NCBI GenBank assembly: GCA_963742735.1
Contig: CAVUMN010000004.1
Coordinates: forward strand, 256,001-320,000
From: an uncultured Actinomycetes bacterium
GTDB lineage: Bacteria; Actinomycetota; UBA4738; JBBDTT01
Direction of reading: 5' to 3'
DNA: 64,000 bases
Shown: piece by piece, positions 1-9,943 of the stretch
Position numbering within the stretch: position 1 is the stretch's first letter
How the letters are laid out: every line of letters begins with the position of its first letter
The notes under the pieces: generated by a model
The model's input: the letters and a program-made list of their open reading frames with translations, nothing else
Databases searched by the model: none
What the model was told of the DNA's origin: nothing
Program-made: the position numbers and the translations under genes

Positions 1-2
1 AG

Positions 3-170
3 GTGACCGTCCGCGACTTCGGGACCTGGCGACCGGAGAAAGGCCGCGAAGGAGGGCATGGCCTCGAACTGATCCGGGGGATGATGGAGGGCGTCGAGAT
101 CAGCCAGGGCGAGGAGGGCTCGGTCGTCAGGATGCGCCACACGCTCGAGCGGGGGTTGAAGCGTGGGTGA
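3..170 (+). CDS. partial C-terminus of an ATP-binding (RsbW/HATPase_c_2-like) anti-sigma-type protein
   Basis: Frame 3 reads VTVRDFGTWR...GGHGLELIRGMMEGVEI...GSVVRM, ending at TGA 168-170; overlaps the STAS gene. Confidence 0.7.
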   Translation: MTVRDFGTWRPEKGREGGHGLELIRGMMEGVEISQGEEGSVVRMRHTLERGLKRG

Positions 171-507
171 GCTCGTCCGGGTCGAGGTCCAGGCCAGCGA
201 TGAGCGGTGCCTCATCCGCCTCCACGGGGAGATCGACATGTCGAACGCTCCCGGGTTGTGGACGAAGATCGTCGAGGCCATCTCGAACAGCGTCTCGGCC
301 GTCACCATCGACCTGTCCCCGACGCGCTATCTGGACAGCGCCGGCGTCCGGCTGCTGTTCAAGCTCGCCGACCTCCTGGCCTCGCGCCGCCGCGAGCTGA
401 TCCTGTTCGTCCCCGAGGACGCGCCCATCCGCCAGGCGCTCGAGCTCACGGGGCTGGCCGGGTCGGTGCGGATCCTCAGCGTGGCCGAGGACGAGCCCCC
501 GGCCTAG
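163..507 (+). CDS. STAS-domain anti-sigma factor antagonist
   Basis: LHGEIDMSNA, IDLSPTRYLDSAG, LELTGL motifs. Confidence 0.9.
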   Translation: MGELVRVEVQASDERCLIRLHGEIDMSNAPGLWTKIVEAISNSVSAVTIDLSPTRYLDSAGVRLLFKLADLLASRRRELILFVPEDAPIRQALELTGLAGSVRILSVAEDEPPA

Positions 508-1331
508 ACGGCCTTGCGGTAGCGGCGGACCGCGAGGGGCGCGAACACCAGCACGATCCCGACCGCCCAGGCGATCGACTGCCAGACCAGGCTCGCCGTG
601 TCCACGGGGGGGACCATCCGGTCCCCGCCGATGAACAGGGCCCGCACCGCCGACGCGGTCACCGACACCGGCTGGTGCGTGGCGAAGGGCTGCAGCCAGC
701 CCGGCATGGACTCGGGCGGCACGAACGCGGACGAGGCGAACACCAGCGGGGCCAGGAGCGGGAACGCCGCCGCCTGGGCGCTCTCCGGCGTCCCCACGGC
801 CAGGCCGAGCGAGGCGAACACCCACGACAGCGCGTAGGTGAACAGGAGCACCAGCAGCATGCCCGCGACCAGGGCCAGGGCGGTGGTGTGGATGCGGAAC
901 CCGACCAGGAACCCGACCGCGAGCATCAGGACGATCACGAACATGTTCCTGAACAGGTCGGCCACCGTCCGGCCGGTGAGCACCGCGGACCGCGCCATGG
1001 GCAGCGAGCGGAACCGTTCCAGCAGCCCGCTCTGCACGTCGGTGGCGAGCCCGATCGCGGTGCCGATCGCCCCGAACACCGCGGTCTGCACGAAGATGCC
1101 CGGCATCAGGAAGTCGACGTAGGGGATGCCCGGGATGCGGGTGTCGATGGCGCCCCCGAAGACGTACCGGAACATCAGCACGAAGATCACGGGCTGGATC
1201 GTCGAGAACACCAGCAGCTGCGGCGTCCGAAACAGCCCGATCAGGTTGCGCTGGGCGACGGCCAGCGTGTCCCGGACGGCCGTGACCACCGTCGGGGCCC
1301 GGCGCTCCACGGCCCGCTCGGGCGCGCTCAT
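504..1331 (-). CDS. ABC-2 transporter permease (DrrB-like)
   Basis: Multiple TM segments, GLLERFRSLPMAR and FASSAFVP..MPGWLQ motifs; coupled to ATPase gene. Confidence 0.9.
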   Translation of the reverse strand: MSAPERAVERRAPTVVTAVRDTLAVAQRNLIGLFRTPQLLVFSTIQPVIFVLMFRYVFGGAIDTRIPGIPYVDFLMPGIFVQTAVFGAIGTAIGLATDVQSGLLERFRSLPMARSAVLTGRTVADLFRNMFVIVLMLAVGFLVGFRIHTTALALVAGMLLVLLFTYALSWVFASLGLAVGTPESAQAAAFPLLAPLVFASSAFVPPESMPGWLQPFATHQPVSVTASAVRALFIGGDRMVPPVDTASLVWQSIAWAVGIVLVFAPLAVRRYRKAV

Positions 1332-2344
1332 GCGGCTCCCCGGGCCCGCGACCGCCGGCGACCCGGCTCGGCCTGCTCGGCCTCCGCCGGCTCCGGGACC
1401 TCCTCCGCGTGGCGTCCGGTCAGGGCCAGGAACACGTCGTCCAGGCTGGGCTCGCGCACCGACAGGCTCCCCGGCTGGAGCTTCTCCGCGTCGAGCGCCC
1501 GCAGGACGTCGATCAGGACGGCCGGCCCCTCGGAGGTGAACCGCACGCGAGAGTCCTCGCGCTCCGGGCGCATCTTCAGCTTCTCGGAGAGCAGCTTCGC
1601 CGCGCGCCCCGCGGCCCGCTCGCTCGGAAACCCCACCTCGATCACGGTGTTGCCGAGCTCGGCCTTGAGCGCGGCGGGCGTGTCGTTGGCGATCACGTGG
1701 CCGTGGTCGATGACCGCGACCCGCTGGGCAAGGCGGTCGGCCTCCTCGAGGTACTGGGTGGTGAGCAGGACGGTGGTGCCGTCCCGGACGAGCTCACGGA
1801 TCATCTCCCACAGCGCGTTGCGGCTGTGCAGGTCCAGCCCCGTCGTGGGCTCGTCGAGGAACAGCACGGTGGGCTTCGACACCAGCGCCGCCGCCACGTC
1901 GAGCCTCCGCCGCATGCCGCCCGAATACGTCCGCACCGGGCGATCGGCCGCCTCGACCAGGTCGAAGCGCTCCAGGAGCTCGTCGGCTCGGGGGCCGATC
2001 TCGTTGGGGGGAAGCTGGCCAAGCTTTCCCATCAGGCGGAGGTTCTCGCGGCCGGTCAGGAGCTGATCGACCGCCGCGTTCTGCCCGGCCAGCCCGATGG
2101 AGTAGCGAACCGCGACCGCGTCGGAGACCACGTCCAGCCCCAGGACCTCGGCCCGGCCGGCGTCGGGGGCCAGGATCGTGGTCAGGATCCGCACGGCCGT
2201 CGTCTTGCCGGCCCCGTTCGGCCCGAGCAGGCCGAACACGCTCCCGGCGGGCACCTCGAAGTCGACGCCGTCGAGCGCGGGAACGTCCCCGAAGCGCTTG
2301 ACGAGCCCCTCCACACGGATCGCGGCGTCGGCCATGCGGAACAT
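1328..2344 (-). CDS. ABC transporter ATP-binding protein (DrrA-like)
   Basis: Walker A GPNGAGKT, YSGGMRRR signature, LFLDEPTTGLD, C-terminal PSLDDVFL. Confidence 0.93.
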   Translation of the reverse strand: MFRMADAAIRVEGLVKRFGDVPALDGVDFEVPAGSVFGLLGPNGAGKTTAVRILTTILAPDAGRAEVLGLDVVSDAVAVRYSIGLAGQNAAVDQLLTGRENLRLMGKLGQLPPNEIGPRADELLERFDLVEAADRPVRTYSGGMRRRLDVAAALVSKPTVLFLDEPTTGLDLHSRNALWEMIRELVRDGTTVLLTTQYLEEADRLAQRVAVIDHGHVIANDTPAALKAELGNTVIEVGFPSERAAGRAAKLLSEKLKMRPEREDSRVRFTSEGPAVLIDVLRALDAEKLQPGSLSVREPSLDDVFLALTGRHAEEVPEPAEAEQAEPGRRRSRARGAA

Positions 2345-2368
2345 GCAACCACAGATCGGAAGAGTCGC

Positions 2369-3283
2369 TCAGGCCGCGCGGAAGTGGCGTGCGAGCTCCG
2401 AGGCGTAGCGGCGGCCGAGCTGGTCGCCGTTCGCCGCCACCCAATCGGAGAAGGACGTGCGGCCCGTCGTCGGCCCGTCGGAGGTGACCAGACCGGCCAG
2501 CAGGCCGGCGAGCTCCTGGGGGGTCAGCAGGACGTCCTGGACGGCGAGGCCGATCATCCGCGCCAGCCCGGTCACCGCCGCCGAGGGAAGCGGCACGAGC
2601 CGCGAACGGCTTCCGACCGCGGCGCGGATCGTCTCGACCATCGACCGGAACGTGAAGACCTCCGGTCCGAGCGCGTCGACCACGGACCCGTTGGCTCCGC
2701 CCGCCGCCTCGACGCAGAGGCGGGCGACGTCGTCCACGAACACCGGCCGGACGCGGGGTGCTCCTCGGCGCGGCAGCGCGAACAGCGGGACGCGGCGGAG
2801 CAGCCACGCGATGTTGTTGACCATGATGTCCTCGAGGCCGAACACGACGGTCGGCCGGATCACGGACCAGGCGACGCCGGACTGCTCGAGCCCGCGCTCG
2901 ACGATCGCCTTCCCCCGGAAGTACGGAAGCCGCGAGTCGAGCGACGGGTTGGTGATGCTCACGTGGACGATCCGCTCGACGCCGGCCCGGCGGGCGGCAC
3001 GGAACAGCTCGAGCGAGTTCTCCACGGCCTCGTCGAACCCGCGGCCGCGCCACCCGAACCGGACCCAGTAGGTGTTGTAGAGGGTGCTCGCGCCCTCCAT
3101 CGAACGGGCCAGCTCGGCCTCGTCGTCGAACCGGTACGCGAGGACCTCGATCGGCTCGGCGAACGGCATCGGCCGGCCCGGATGCCCGGTGAGCGTGCGC
3201 ACCTCGCGCCCGGCATCGAGCAGGCGGCGCGTGATGTACCGGCCCGTGTACCCCGACGCCCCGGTCACCACGTCGAGCCCCAT
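2369..3283 (-). CDS. NAD(P)-dependent epimerase/dehydratase (atypical SDR)
   Basis: VTGASGYTG Rossmann motif, YFRGK; start moved to ATG 3283. Confidence 0.85.
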   Translation of the reverse strand: MGLDVVTGASGYTGRYITRRLLDAGREVRTLTGHPGRPMPFAEPIEVLAYRFDDEAELARSMEGASTLYNTYWVRFGWRGRGFDEAVENSLELFRAARRAGVERIVHVSITNPSLDSRLPYFRGKAIVERGLEQSGVAWSVIRPTVVFGLEDIMVNNIAWLLRRVPLFALPRRGAPRVRPVFVDDVARLCVEAAGGANGSVVDALGPEVFTFRSMVETIRAAVGSRSRLVPLPSAAVTGLARMIGLAVQDVLLTPQELAGLLAGLVTSDGPTTGRTSFSDWVAANGDQLGRRYASELARHFRAA

Positions 3284-3335
3284 CGCCCTCCTTTGAGCAC
3301 TCGCTTTGAGCGTTCGCTCAGAGCCTAGCACACGC

Positions 3336-3971
3336 TCAGGTCTTCGCCCGGCCTCCGGTCAGCGCGGCGGTCACGCCGAGGCCGACGTAGACCGTTCCGC
3401 TCACGTAGCGCTGCACTCGCCGGAATCCGACGCTGGCGCGCAGCCACCGACCCGCGGCGGAGGCCACCAGGGCGTACGTCCCGTCGCTCAGGAGGCCCAG
3501 TCCGATGAACAGCAGGCCCAGGATCGCGACCTGCAGCGGCACGGCGCCACGGGCCGGATCGATGAACTGCGGGAGGAAGGCGAGGAAGAACAGGGCGGTC
3601 TTCGGGTTGAGAAGGTTCACCACGAACCCCTGGACGTACACGCGGCGCAGCGGCGACTTCACCCGGTCGGCCTCGGGAGGCGGCTCCGGCGTCAACAGCC
3701 GGCGGACGCCGATCGCGATGAGGTACGCGGCGCCGGCCAGCTTCACGACCGTGAAGGCCGTGGCGGACGAGGCCAGGATCGCGGACAGGCCGAGGACCGC
3801 CGCCGCGACGTGGACCACGCTGCCCGTGTGGATCCCGAGGATCGACACCAGCCCCGCCGTCCGCCCCTGGTCGACGCTGCGCATGACGATGTAGGTCACG
3901 GCCGGGCCGGGGATCACGAGCAACGCCAGCGCGGCGAGGGAGAACAGCCCGAGGGTCGATGCGTCCGGCAT
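3336..3971 (-). CDS. LysE/RhtB family translocator
   Basis: IPGPAV, KLAGAAYL, NLLNPKTALFFLAFLPQF motifs. Confidence 0.92.
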   Translation of the reverse strand: MPDASTLGLFSLAALALLVIPGPAVTYIVMRSVDQGRTAGLVSILGIHTGSVVHVAAAVLGLSAILASSATAFTVVKLAGAAYLIAIGVRRLLTPEPPPEADRVKSPLRRVYVQGFVVNLLNPKTALFFLAFLPQFIDPARGAVPLQVAILGLLFIGLGLLSDGTYALVASAAGRWLRASVGFRRVQRYVSGTVYVGLGVTAALTGGRAKT

Positions 3972-4026
3972 CCGCCGAGTGTACGGGCGGGCTCGCGGCC
4001 AGCCGAACCCGGGGACGGCGTCGGTC

Positions 4027-4103
4027 TGGAGCTGGCGGCGGGATTTGAACCCGCGACCTAGCGATTACAAGTCGCTTGCGCTACCGGACTGCGCCACGCC
4101 AGC
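4027..4103 (-). tRNA. tRNA-Thr(TGT)
   Basis: Cloverleaf GCTGGCG...CGCCAGC-T-CCA, anticodon arm AGCGA-CTTGTAA-TCGCT, T-loop GGTTCAAATCC. Confidence 0.95.
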
Positions 4104-4120
4104 GGGGAAAGTGTAGAGGC

Positions 4121-4779
4121 TCAATCGTCGTCGCCAGCACGCTGGCGGATGTGCAGCTCGACCTTGCGCTTGATGCGCTGGAGGGCGTTGTCGACCGACT
4201 TCACGTGCCGGCCGAGGTACTCGGAGATCTCCTGGTAGGACTTGCCCTCGACGTAGAGGTGCAGCACGTCCGCCTCGAAGTCCGACAGGATCTCGTTGAA
4301 GCACATCTTGATGCTGCGCATCTCCTCGCTGGAGATCAGGAGCTCCGCCGGGTCGGTCACGTGCGCGGTCTGCAGGACGTCGGCGAGCGAGCGGTCCTGG
4401 TCGTCGTCTATCGCCAGCGGCTTGGAGAGCGACACGTAGGAGTTCAGCGGGATGTGCTTCTGGCGGGTGGCGGTCTTGATCGCGGTGATGATCTGCCGGG
4501 TGATACAGATCTCGGCGAACGCGCGGAACGAGGTCTGGCGGTCGAAGTTGAAGTCGCGGATGGCCTTGTACAGGCCGATCATGCCCTCCTGGACGATGTC
4601 GTCCTTGTCCGCGCCGATCAGGAAGTAGGAGCGGGCCTTCATCCGCGTGAAGTTGCGGTACTTGTTGAGCAGGGCCTCGAGGGCGATCGGATCGCCCGGA
4701 GCGATATCGCTCGATGAGAGCCTTCGTCAGTTAGATCGGTGAGGTCGAGACTCGCCCTCACCGCAAGCCCAGCAGTCAC
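4121..4779 (-). CDS. sigH: Firmicute-type RNA polymerase sigma factor SigH (Spo0H-like); two apparent +1 indels near 4698 and 4722
   Basis: KARSYFLIGADKDDIVQEGMIGLYKAIRD, CITRQIITAIKTATRQKHIPLNSY and KSVDNALQR match Bacillus SigH; N-terminus TDE-ALIERYRS-GDPIALEALLNKYRNF is recovered across frames; GTG 4779 follows GGAAAGGGA. Confidence 0.88.
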
Positions 4780-4822
4780 CCAGCATCCCTTTCCGTCACT
4801 GCGGGCACAGGAGAACCCCAAG

Positions 4823-4852
4823 ATTATCTAACGCGCAACGGCCTGGCGACAA
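4823..4852 (-). promoter_or_regulatory. putative housekeeping-sigma promoter of sigH
   Basis: TTGTCG-N18-GATAAT on the minus strand in an AT-richer gap. Confidence 0.45.
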
Positions 4853-4901
4853 GGGTGACCTTGGCGCGAGAACTAGCACAAACCGGTCAGAACGGGACGG
4901 G

Positions 4902-5648
4902 TCAATCCTGCTTCGTGGACTCCGACGGCCGAAGAAGGTAGCCGTACAGCCCCGCGGCGACCGCCGCCGCCGCGTTGAGCGAGCCTACCTTCCCCCGCAT
5001 CGGCAACGCCACCAGCGCGTCGCACGCCTCCTTCGCCAGGCGCGAGAGGCCCTTCTCCTCGGACCCCGCGACGAGCACGACGCGCCCGCCGGGGGGCGCT
5101 TCCTCGAACGCTGTGGGCGCCGCGTCGCCGTCCAGCCCCACCACGGTGAACCCCGCGTCCTTCAACCGCTCGAGCGCCCGGGGGATGTTCGCGACCACCG
5201 CCACGGGCAGGTGCAGGAGCGCGCCGGCGGACGCGCGGATCGCGGCGGGGGTGATCCCTGCCGCGCGCCGCTCCCGCAGGACGAGGGCCGAGGCTCCGGC
5301 CGCCTCCGCCGAACGGGCGGCGGACCCGACGTTCTGGGGATCCTCGACGCCGTCGAGCACGACGACGATCGCGTCGTGTGGCCAGTCGCGCCGGGCCAGG
5401 TCGCGTTCCCCGAGCGTGGCCGGCGACGGCACCTCGGCGGCCACGCCCTGATGCCGGACGCCCGCCGCGAGCGCGTCCAGCCGGTCGGCGTCGACCTCCT
5501 CGACGGGGACGCCGCGGGCCGAGGCCTCGGCCAGGACGTCGGGGACGCGCAGCCCGCGCTGCACGAGCAGCCGGCGAGCCGCACCCGCGGAGAGCGCCTC
5601 GACCGCAGCCCGGCGGCCGAACGCCCAGCCGGCCCCGGCCGGCGTCAC
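4902..5648 (-). CDS. rlmB: 23S rRNA 2'-O-methyltransferase RlmB (SpoU family)
   Basis: HQGVAA, LDGVEDPQNVGS, GSEEKGL, MRGKVGSLNAA; GTG overlaps the ispF stop. Confidence 0.88.
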   Translation of the reverse strand: MTPAGAGWAFGRRAAVEALSAGAARRLLVQRGLRVPDVLAEASARGVPVEEVDADRLDALAAGVRHQGVAAEVPSPATLGERDLARRDWPHDAIVVVLDGVEDPQNVGSAARSAEAAGASALVLRERRAAGITPAAIRASAGALLHLPVAVVANIPRALERLKDAGFTVVGLDGDAAPTAFEEAPPGGRVVLVAGSEEKGLSRLAKEACDALVALPMRGKVGSLNAAAAVAAGLYGYLLRPSESTKQD

Positions 5649-6121
5649 GCGTCCACGACGACCGCAAGCGCCAGGCACGCCGCGCCGTCGCCGGTCAGGC
5701 CCAGCCCCTCCGGGCGGGTCGCCTTCACCGACACACGGTCGAGCGGGACGCCGAGGGCACCGGCCAGCGATCGCCGCACGTCGCCCCGCCGCGGGGCGAG
5801 CATCGGCCGCTCGGCCAGGAGCGTCAGGTCGCACGACTCGGGACGCAGACCCGCGCCCGTCACCGCCTCCAGGATCCGCGCGAGCAGGTCCAGGCCGGAG
5901 ATGCCGGCGTTCGCGGGGTCGGTGTCGGGAAGGTGGTCGCCCAGGTCGCCCAGCGCCGCGGCCCCCAGCAGGGCCTGGGCCAGCGCATGACAGACGACGT
6001 CGGCGTCCGAGTGCCCGCCCAGCCCGGGCTCGCCCTCGAACTCGACCCCGCCCAGGCGCAGCGGCCGCGACGCGTCCCGCGGGTGGACGTCGAACCCCAG
6101 CCCGAACCGGCGTTCAGCCAC
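5645..6121 (-). CDS. ispF: 2-C-methyl-D-erythritol 2,4-cyclodiphosphate synthase
   Basis: GLGFDVH, GHSDADVVCHA, GDLGDH, VSVKAT. Confidence 0.92.
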   Translation of the reverse strand: MAERRFGLGFDVHPRDASRPLRLGGVEFEGEPGLGGHSDADVVCHALAQALLGAAALGDLGDHLPDTDPANAGISGLDLLARILEAVTGAGLRPESCDLTLLAERPMLAPRRGDVRRSLAGALGVPLDRVSVKATRPEGLGLTGDGAACLALAVVVDA

Positions 6122-6797
6122 GGGCCGCCAACAGGGCTTCCGCGCGGCGGAGGTCCGCGTCCAGGGTGACCTTGAAGTTGTCGGGGTCGCCGGGAACGGC
6201 CGCCACTCGGAGCCCGATCCGCTCCAGCAGGGCCGCGTCGTCGGTGCCCTCCGCGCCGTCGGCGAGCGCGCGGCGGTGCGCCTCCTCCAGGGCCGCACGC
6301 CGAAACGCCTGAGGGGTCTGGGCCACGAACACCTCGTCGCGAGGAAGGGTCGCGGCGACGGCTCCCTCGGCCACCCGCTTCAGGGTGTCCACCGAGGCCA
6401 CCACCGGGATGGCTCCCTCGGCCTGGTCCAGGGCCGCCAGGACCGCGGAGAAGAGCTCCGGGCTCGCGAAGGGGCGCGCCACGTCGTGACACACCACGTG
6501 GTCGTACTCGTCGGGTATGGCCTCCAGCCCGCGACGCACGGAGTCCTGCCGGCGACGACCCCCCGGCACCACCGCGAGCAGCTTGGACGAGGATGCGTGC
6601 CGGGCGATCGCCTCCTCGTCGCCCTCGGGGCCGACGAGGACGAACCCCGCGATGTCGAGACACGCATCGATCGCGGCCACGGCCCATGCCACCAGGCTCC
6701 GGCCGCCGACCTCCACGAGTCCCTTCGGAACCCCCGCCCCCAGCCGGGTTCCGTGCCCTGCCGCCAGGAGGATCGCCGCGGCCGGGCCGTCAGCCAC
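6114..6797 (-). CDS. ispD: 2-C-methyl-D-erythritol 4-phosphate cytidylyltransferase
   Basis: LAAGHGTRLG..PK, RQDSV, HDVARP, QTPQAF, TDDA, NFKVT. Confidence 0.93.
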   Translation of the reverse strand: MADGPAAAILLAAGHGTRLGAGVPKGLVEVGGRSLVAWAVAAIDACLDIAGFVLVGPEGDEEAIARHASSSKLLAVVPGGRRRQDSVRRGLEAIPDEYDHVVCHDVARPFASPELFSAVLAALDQAEGAIPVVASVDTLKRVAEGAVAATLPRDEVFVAQTPQAFRRAALEEAHRRALADGAEGTDDAALLERIGLRVAAVPGDPDNFKVTLDADLRRAEALLAARG

Positions 6798-7884
6798 TCG
6801 GGCTCTCGGCCAGCTCCGCGAAGAACATGCGGCCGTTCTGGTTCGTGGTGACGTTCGTGATCCGGATCTGCACCGCGGCTCCGACGCGCTCTCCCGCTCC
6901 CTCCACGACCACCATCGACCCATCCTCCAGGTAGCCCACACCCTGGCCGGCGGCGCGGCCGGGCTTGGCCAGCCTGACCTCGAGCTCCTGGCCGACGGTG
7001 ACGGGGGGTTTGAGCGCGGCGGTGAGCCGCGTGACCGAGCGGACGGGTACGCCGACCGCCTCGGCGACCTTGGCGAGCTGGGCGTCGTTGGTGACGATCG
7101 CGGCGCGCCGGTCACGGGCGAGCTTCACCAGGGCCGCGTCGACATCGTCGTCCGGCAGGGGCGGCACGCCGTCCACCAGGACCACGTCGACTCTGGGGTC
7201 ACGCTGGAGCCGCTCGATCGCCTCCAGGCCCCGGCGGCCGCGCTCCCGTCGCTGCGGATCGCCGGAGTCGCCGATGCGCCGGAGCTCGGTGAGCACCCCC
7301 TCCGCGATCAGGATCGTGCCGCCCAGGAACCCGCTTCCCACGACCTCGCCCACGCGGCCGTCGATGAGGGCGCTGGTGTCCATCACGCTCAGCTCGGCGG
7401 GGTTGCCGGCGGCCCGCGGCTTCAGGCCCAGCAGCGAGAAGAAGTCGTCGCGCTTCGAGCTTCCCAGCCGGTATCCGATGCCCCCGAGGGCCAGGTAGAC
7501 CACCGCCGTGGCCGGATAGGCGAACGCGGCGGAGACGTCCAGGAGCAGCAGGGGCGAGGTGACGAGGAACGCGACGACCAGGCCCAGGATCAGCCCGATG
7601 GTCCCGGCCAGGACCTCCGCGGCGGACACCCGCTGGAACCGTCGCTCGACCGCGGTGAGGGCCACGGCCGTCCCGCGGCCGAACACGCCGCCGAGCACGT
7701 AGCCGATCAGGGCGCCGAGGGCGATCGCCGCCGACAGTCGGGTGTCCCTCAGGTCGAGCGCGGTGCCGACGCCCCAGCCGCCCGCCGTGCTGAGCGCGAG
7801 GATGATGAGGCGCACGGTTTCGACCAGGGCGACCCGGGACGGGCCCTTCCTGGCCGAGGACTGGTTGTCGGCCTCGGTGCTCAC
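6790..7884 (-). CDS. membrane PIN/TRAM domain protein (YacL-like)
   Basis: N-terminal TMs, DTSALIDGR, RGRRGLE, VTND, QGVGYLEDGSMVVVE, GRMFFA. Confidence 0.9.
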   Translation of the reverse strand: MSTEADNQSSARKGPSRVALVETVRLIILALSTAGGWGVGTALDLRDTRLSAAIALGALIGYVLGGVFGRGTAVALTAVERRFQRVSAAEVLAGTIGLILGLVVAFLVTSPLLLLDVSAAFAYPATAVVYLALGGIGYRLGSSKRDDFFSLLGLKPRAAGNPAELSVMDTSALIDGRVGEVVGSGFLGGTILIAEGVLTELRRIGDSGDPQRRERGRRGLEAIERLQRDPRVDVVLVDGVPPLPDDDVDAALVKLARDRRAAIVTNDAQLAKVAEAVGVPVRSVTRLTAALKPPVTVGQELEVRLAKPGRAAGQGVGYLEDGSMVVVEGAGERVGAAVQIRITNVTTNQNGRMFFAELAESPSG

Positions 7885-7928
7885 GTCGCTACGGTGCCTT
7901 CTGAGGGGCCCGTTCGCAAGTGGGTGAA

Positions 7929-8429
7929 TCAGGCAGGCGAGTGCGCGTCCTGCAGGATCTTGTCGATCATGGCCTCCGCCTTCTGCTCCGTCGCGTCCAC
8001 CGCGAACGTGAGCTCGGAGACCAGGATCTGACGGGCCTTGGCCAGCATGCGCTTCTCGCCGGCCGACAGGCCCTTCGCGCCCTCACGGATCGAGAGGTCG
8101 CGGACGACCTCAGCCACGTGGAAGATGTCGCCGGAGCGGAGCTTCTCCCAGTTCGTCTTGAACCGGCGGCTCCAGTTGGTCGAGGAGGCGGACTCGCCCT
8201 CCTTGAGGACGTCGAGGACCTTCTTGGCCTCCTTCTTGGAGACGATGTCGCGCAGTCCGACCTCTTCGGTGTTGTCCACCGGGACCATCAGGGTCAGATC
8301 GCCGCCGTAGGCAAGCTTGAGAACGAAGTACTTCCGGGTCTCGCCGAGGAGCTCGCGATTGGTGATCTCCTGGATGATCGCGGCGCCATGGTGCGGATAG
8401 ACGACTTTGTCCCCTTTGCGAAACGTCAC
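7929..8429 (-). CDS. carD: CarD family transcriptional regulator
   Basis: GDKVVYPHHGA, NWSRRFK, LSAGEKRML..ARQILVSE. Confidence 0.95.
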   Translation of the reverse strand: MTFRKGDKVVYPHHGAAIIQEITNRELLGETRKYFVLKLAYGGDLTLMVPVDNTEEVGLRDIVSKKEAKKVLDVLKEGESASSTNWSRRFKTNWEKLRSGDIFHVAEVVRDLSIREGAKGLSAGEKRMLAKARQILVSELTFAVDATEQKAEAMIDKILQDAHSPA

Positions 8430-8498
8430 GGAACCCCCTCGGCTCGGGATGGCGGGTGCGGTAGACCAGGATAGCACGCGCAGGGCCTCTCCCGCAAC

Positions 8499-9848
8499 TC
8501 AAAACCGCAGGTCAGAGGCCATTTTCGGCCCTCGAGGCTCCTTGTCGGACCTCGACCAGGACAGAGCCTCGCGAACGTGTCGAACCGGACGAATCGCCAC
8601 TCCGTCGCCGCCTCCGGAGCCCTCGGGAGCCACGATCGTGCGCACCCCCGCGGCCCGCGCAGCGGCCATCCGCAGCCCCATGCCAGGCCCCTGACGGACG
8701 GTACCGGTGAGGCTGATCTCGCCGACGAACGCGGTTTCGAGCGGCGGCGGACGCCCCGACCGAGCGGACGCGAGCGCGGCGGCGATGGCGAGATCCGCGC
8801 CGGGGTCGTCGATGCGCAGGCCTCCGGTCGCCGCGGCGTAGACCTCCGCGCGAGCCACCCGGACTCCGCTCTGCTCGAGGACCGCCGCGATCATCGACAG
8901 CCTCCGGGCGTCGAGGCCCGAGGCGTGCCGGCGGGGCGGGCCGTCGGTGTCGACGACCAGCCCCTGGACCTCGGCGGCCACGGCGCGCCGGCCGGCCAGC
9001 GGCAGGGCCAGGGCCGCGCCCGGCTCGCCCGCCGAGTCGGCGAGCAGCGCCGAGGGGTCGGACTCGATCAGGCCGGCGGGAGTCATCTCGAACCACGCCA
9101 CCTCGCCCTCGGCCCCGAAACGGTTCTTGCCCGAGACGAGCGTGCGCAGTCCCGAGCGCGCGTCGCCGGCGAACGTCAGGACCGCGTCCACCGCGTGCTC
9201 CAACGTCCGCGGCCCGGCCAGGTCGCCGTCCTTCGTCACGTGTCCGACGAGGATGATGGCGCACCCCTCCCGCTTGGCCAGGCCCACCAGCGCGTCGGTG
9301 CATGCCCGGACCTGGCCGACGCCGCCGGCGGTGCCCGTCACGTCCTCGGAGCGCACGGTCTGGACCGAGTCGACCACGAGCACGCCGGGACGCTCCGCCG
9401 CGGCCGCGGCGAGGACCTCCCCGAGGTCACGCCCCGGCGAATACCGGAGCGCGCCGTCGCCGAGCCCGAGCCGGCGAGCCCGCCCCGCGATCTGGGCCCG
9501 GGTCTCCTCCCCGGATGCCACGACGGCCGTGGCCCCGGAGCGCACGAGCCCGGCCACGGCCTGCAGGATGAGGGTGGACTTGCCGATGCCGGGCTCACCG
9601 GCGAGCAGGACCACCGAGCCCGGGATCACCCCGCCGCCGAGCACGCGGTCGAGCCCGGGGATCCCCGAGGCCAGCCGTTGCCCGTCGTCGGACGGCGCTC
9701 CGTACAGCGGCACCACGTTCGCCGCCACCCCGGCCGCGCCGGCCTCGCCGATCGTCCCCCACGCGCCGCACGCCGCGCAGCGGCCGGCCCACTGCGGCGC
9801 CCGCCGTCCGCAGTCCGAGCAGGCGAGGTCTTTCTGAGCCCTGGCCAC
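8499..9848 (-). CDS. radA: DNA repair protein RadA/Sms
   Basis: C4 zinc finger CSDCG..WAGRCAAC, GEPGIGKST, GHVTKDG, KNRFG; start GTG 9848. Confidence 0.95.
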   Translation of the reverse strand: MARAQKDLACSDCGRRAPQWAGRCAACGAWGTIGEAGAAGVAANVVPLYGAPSDDGQRLASGIPGLDRVLGGGVIPGSVVLLAGEPGIGKSTLILQAVAGLVRSGATAVVASGEETRAQIAGRARRLGLGDGALRYSPGRDLGEVLAAAAAERPGVLVVDSVQTVRSEDVTGTAGGVGQVRACTDALVGLAKREGCAIILVGHVTKDGDLAGPRTLEHAVDAVLTFAGDARSGLRTLVSGKNRFGAEGEVAWFEMTPAGLIESDPSALLADSAGEPGAALALPLAGRRAVAAEVQGLVVDTDGPPRRHASGLDARRLSMIAAVLEQSGVRVARAEVYAAATGGLRIDDPGADLAIAAALASARSGRPPPLETAFVGEISLTGTVRQGPGMGLRMAAARAAGVRTIVAPEGSGGGDGVAIRPVRHVREALSWSRSDKEPRGPKMASDLRF

Positions 9849-9943
9849 GAGAGGCAGGCTATCCGCAGGGTCTGACACGCCAAGCCCCCACCTCCACGGG
9901 GTATCCTGCGCACACCAGCCGACAGGAAGGACCGATCCCCCGG

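Noticed and set aside
4027-4103. tRNA-anchored integrative element (also at 61405..61480)
   Set aside because: No integrase and no duplicated tRNA 3' end seen in the window
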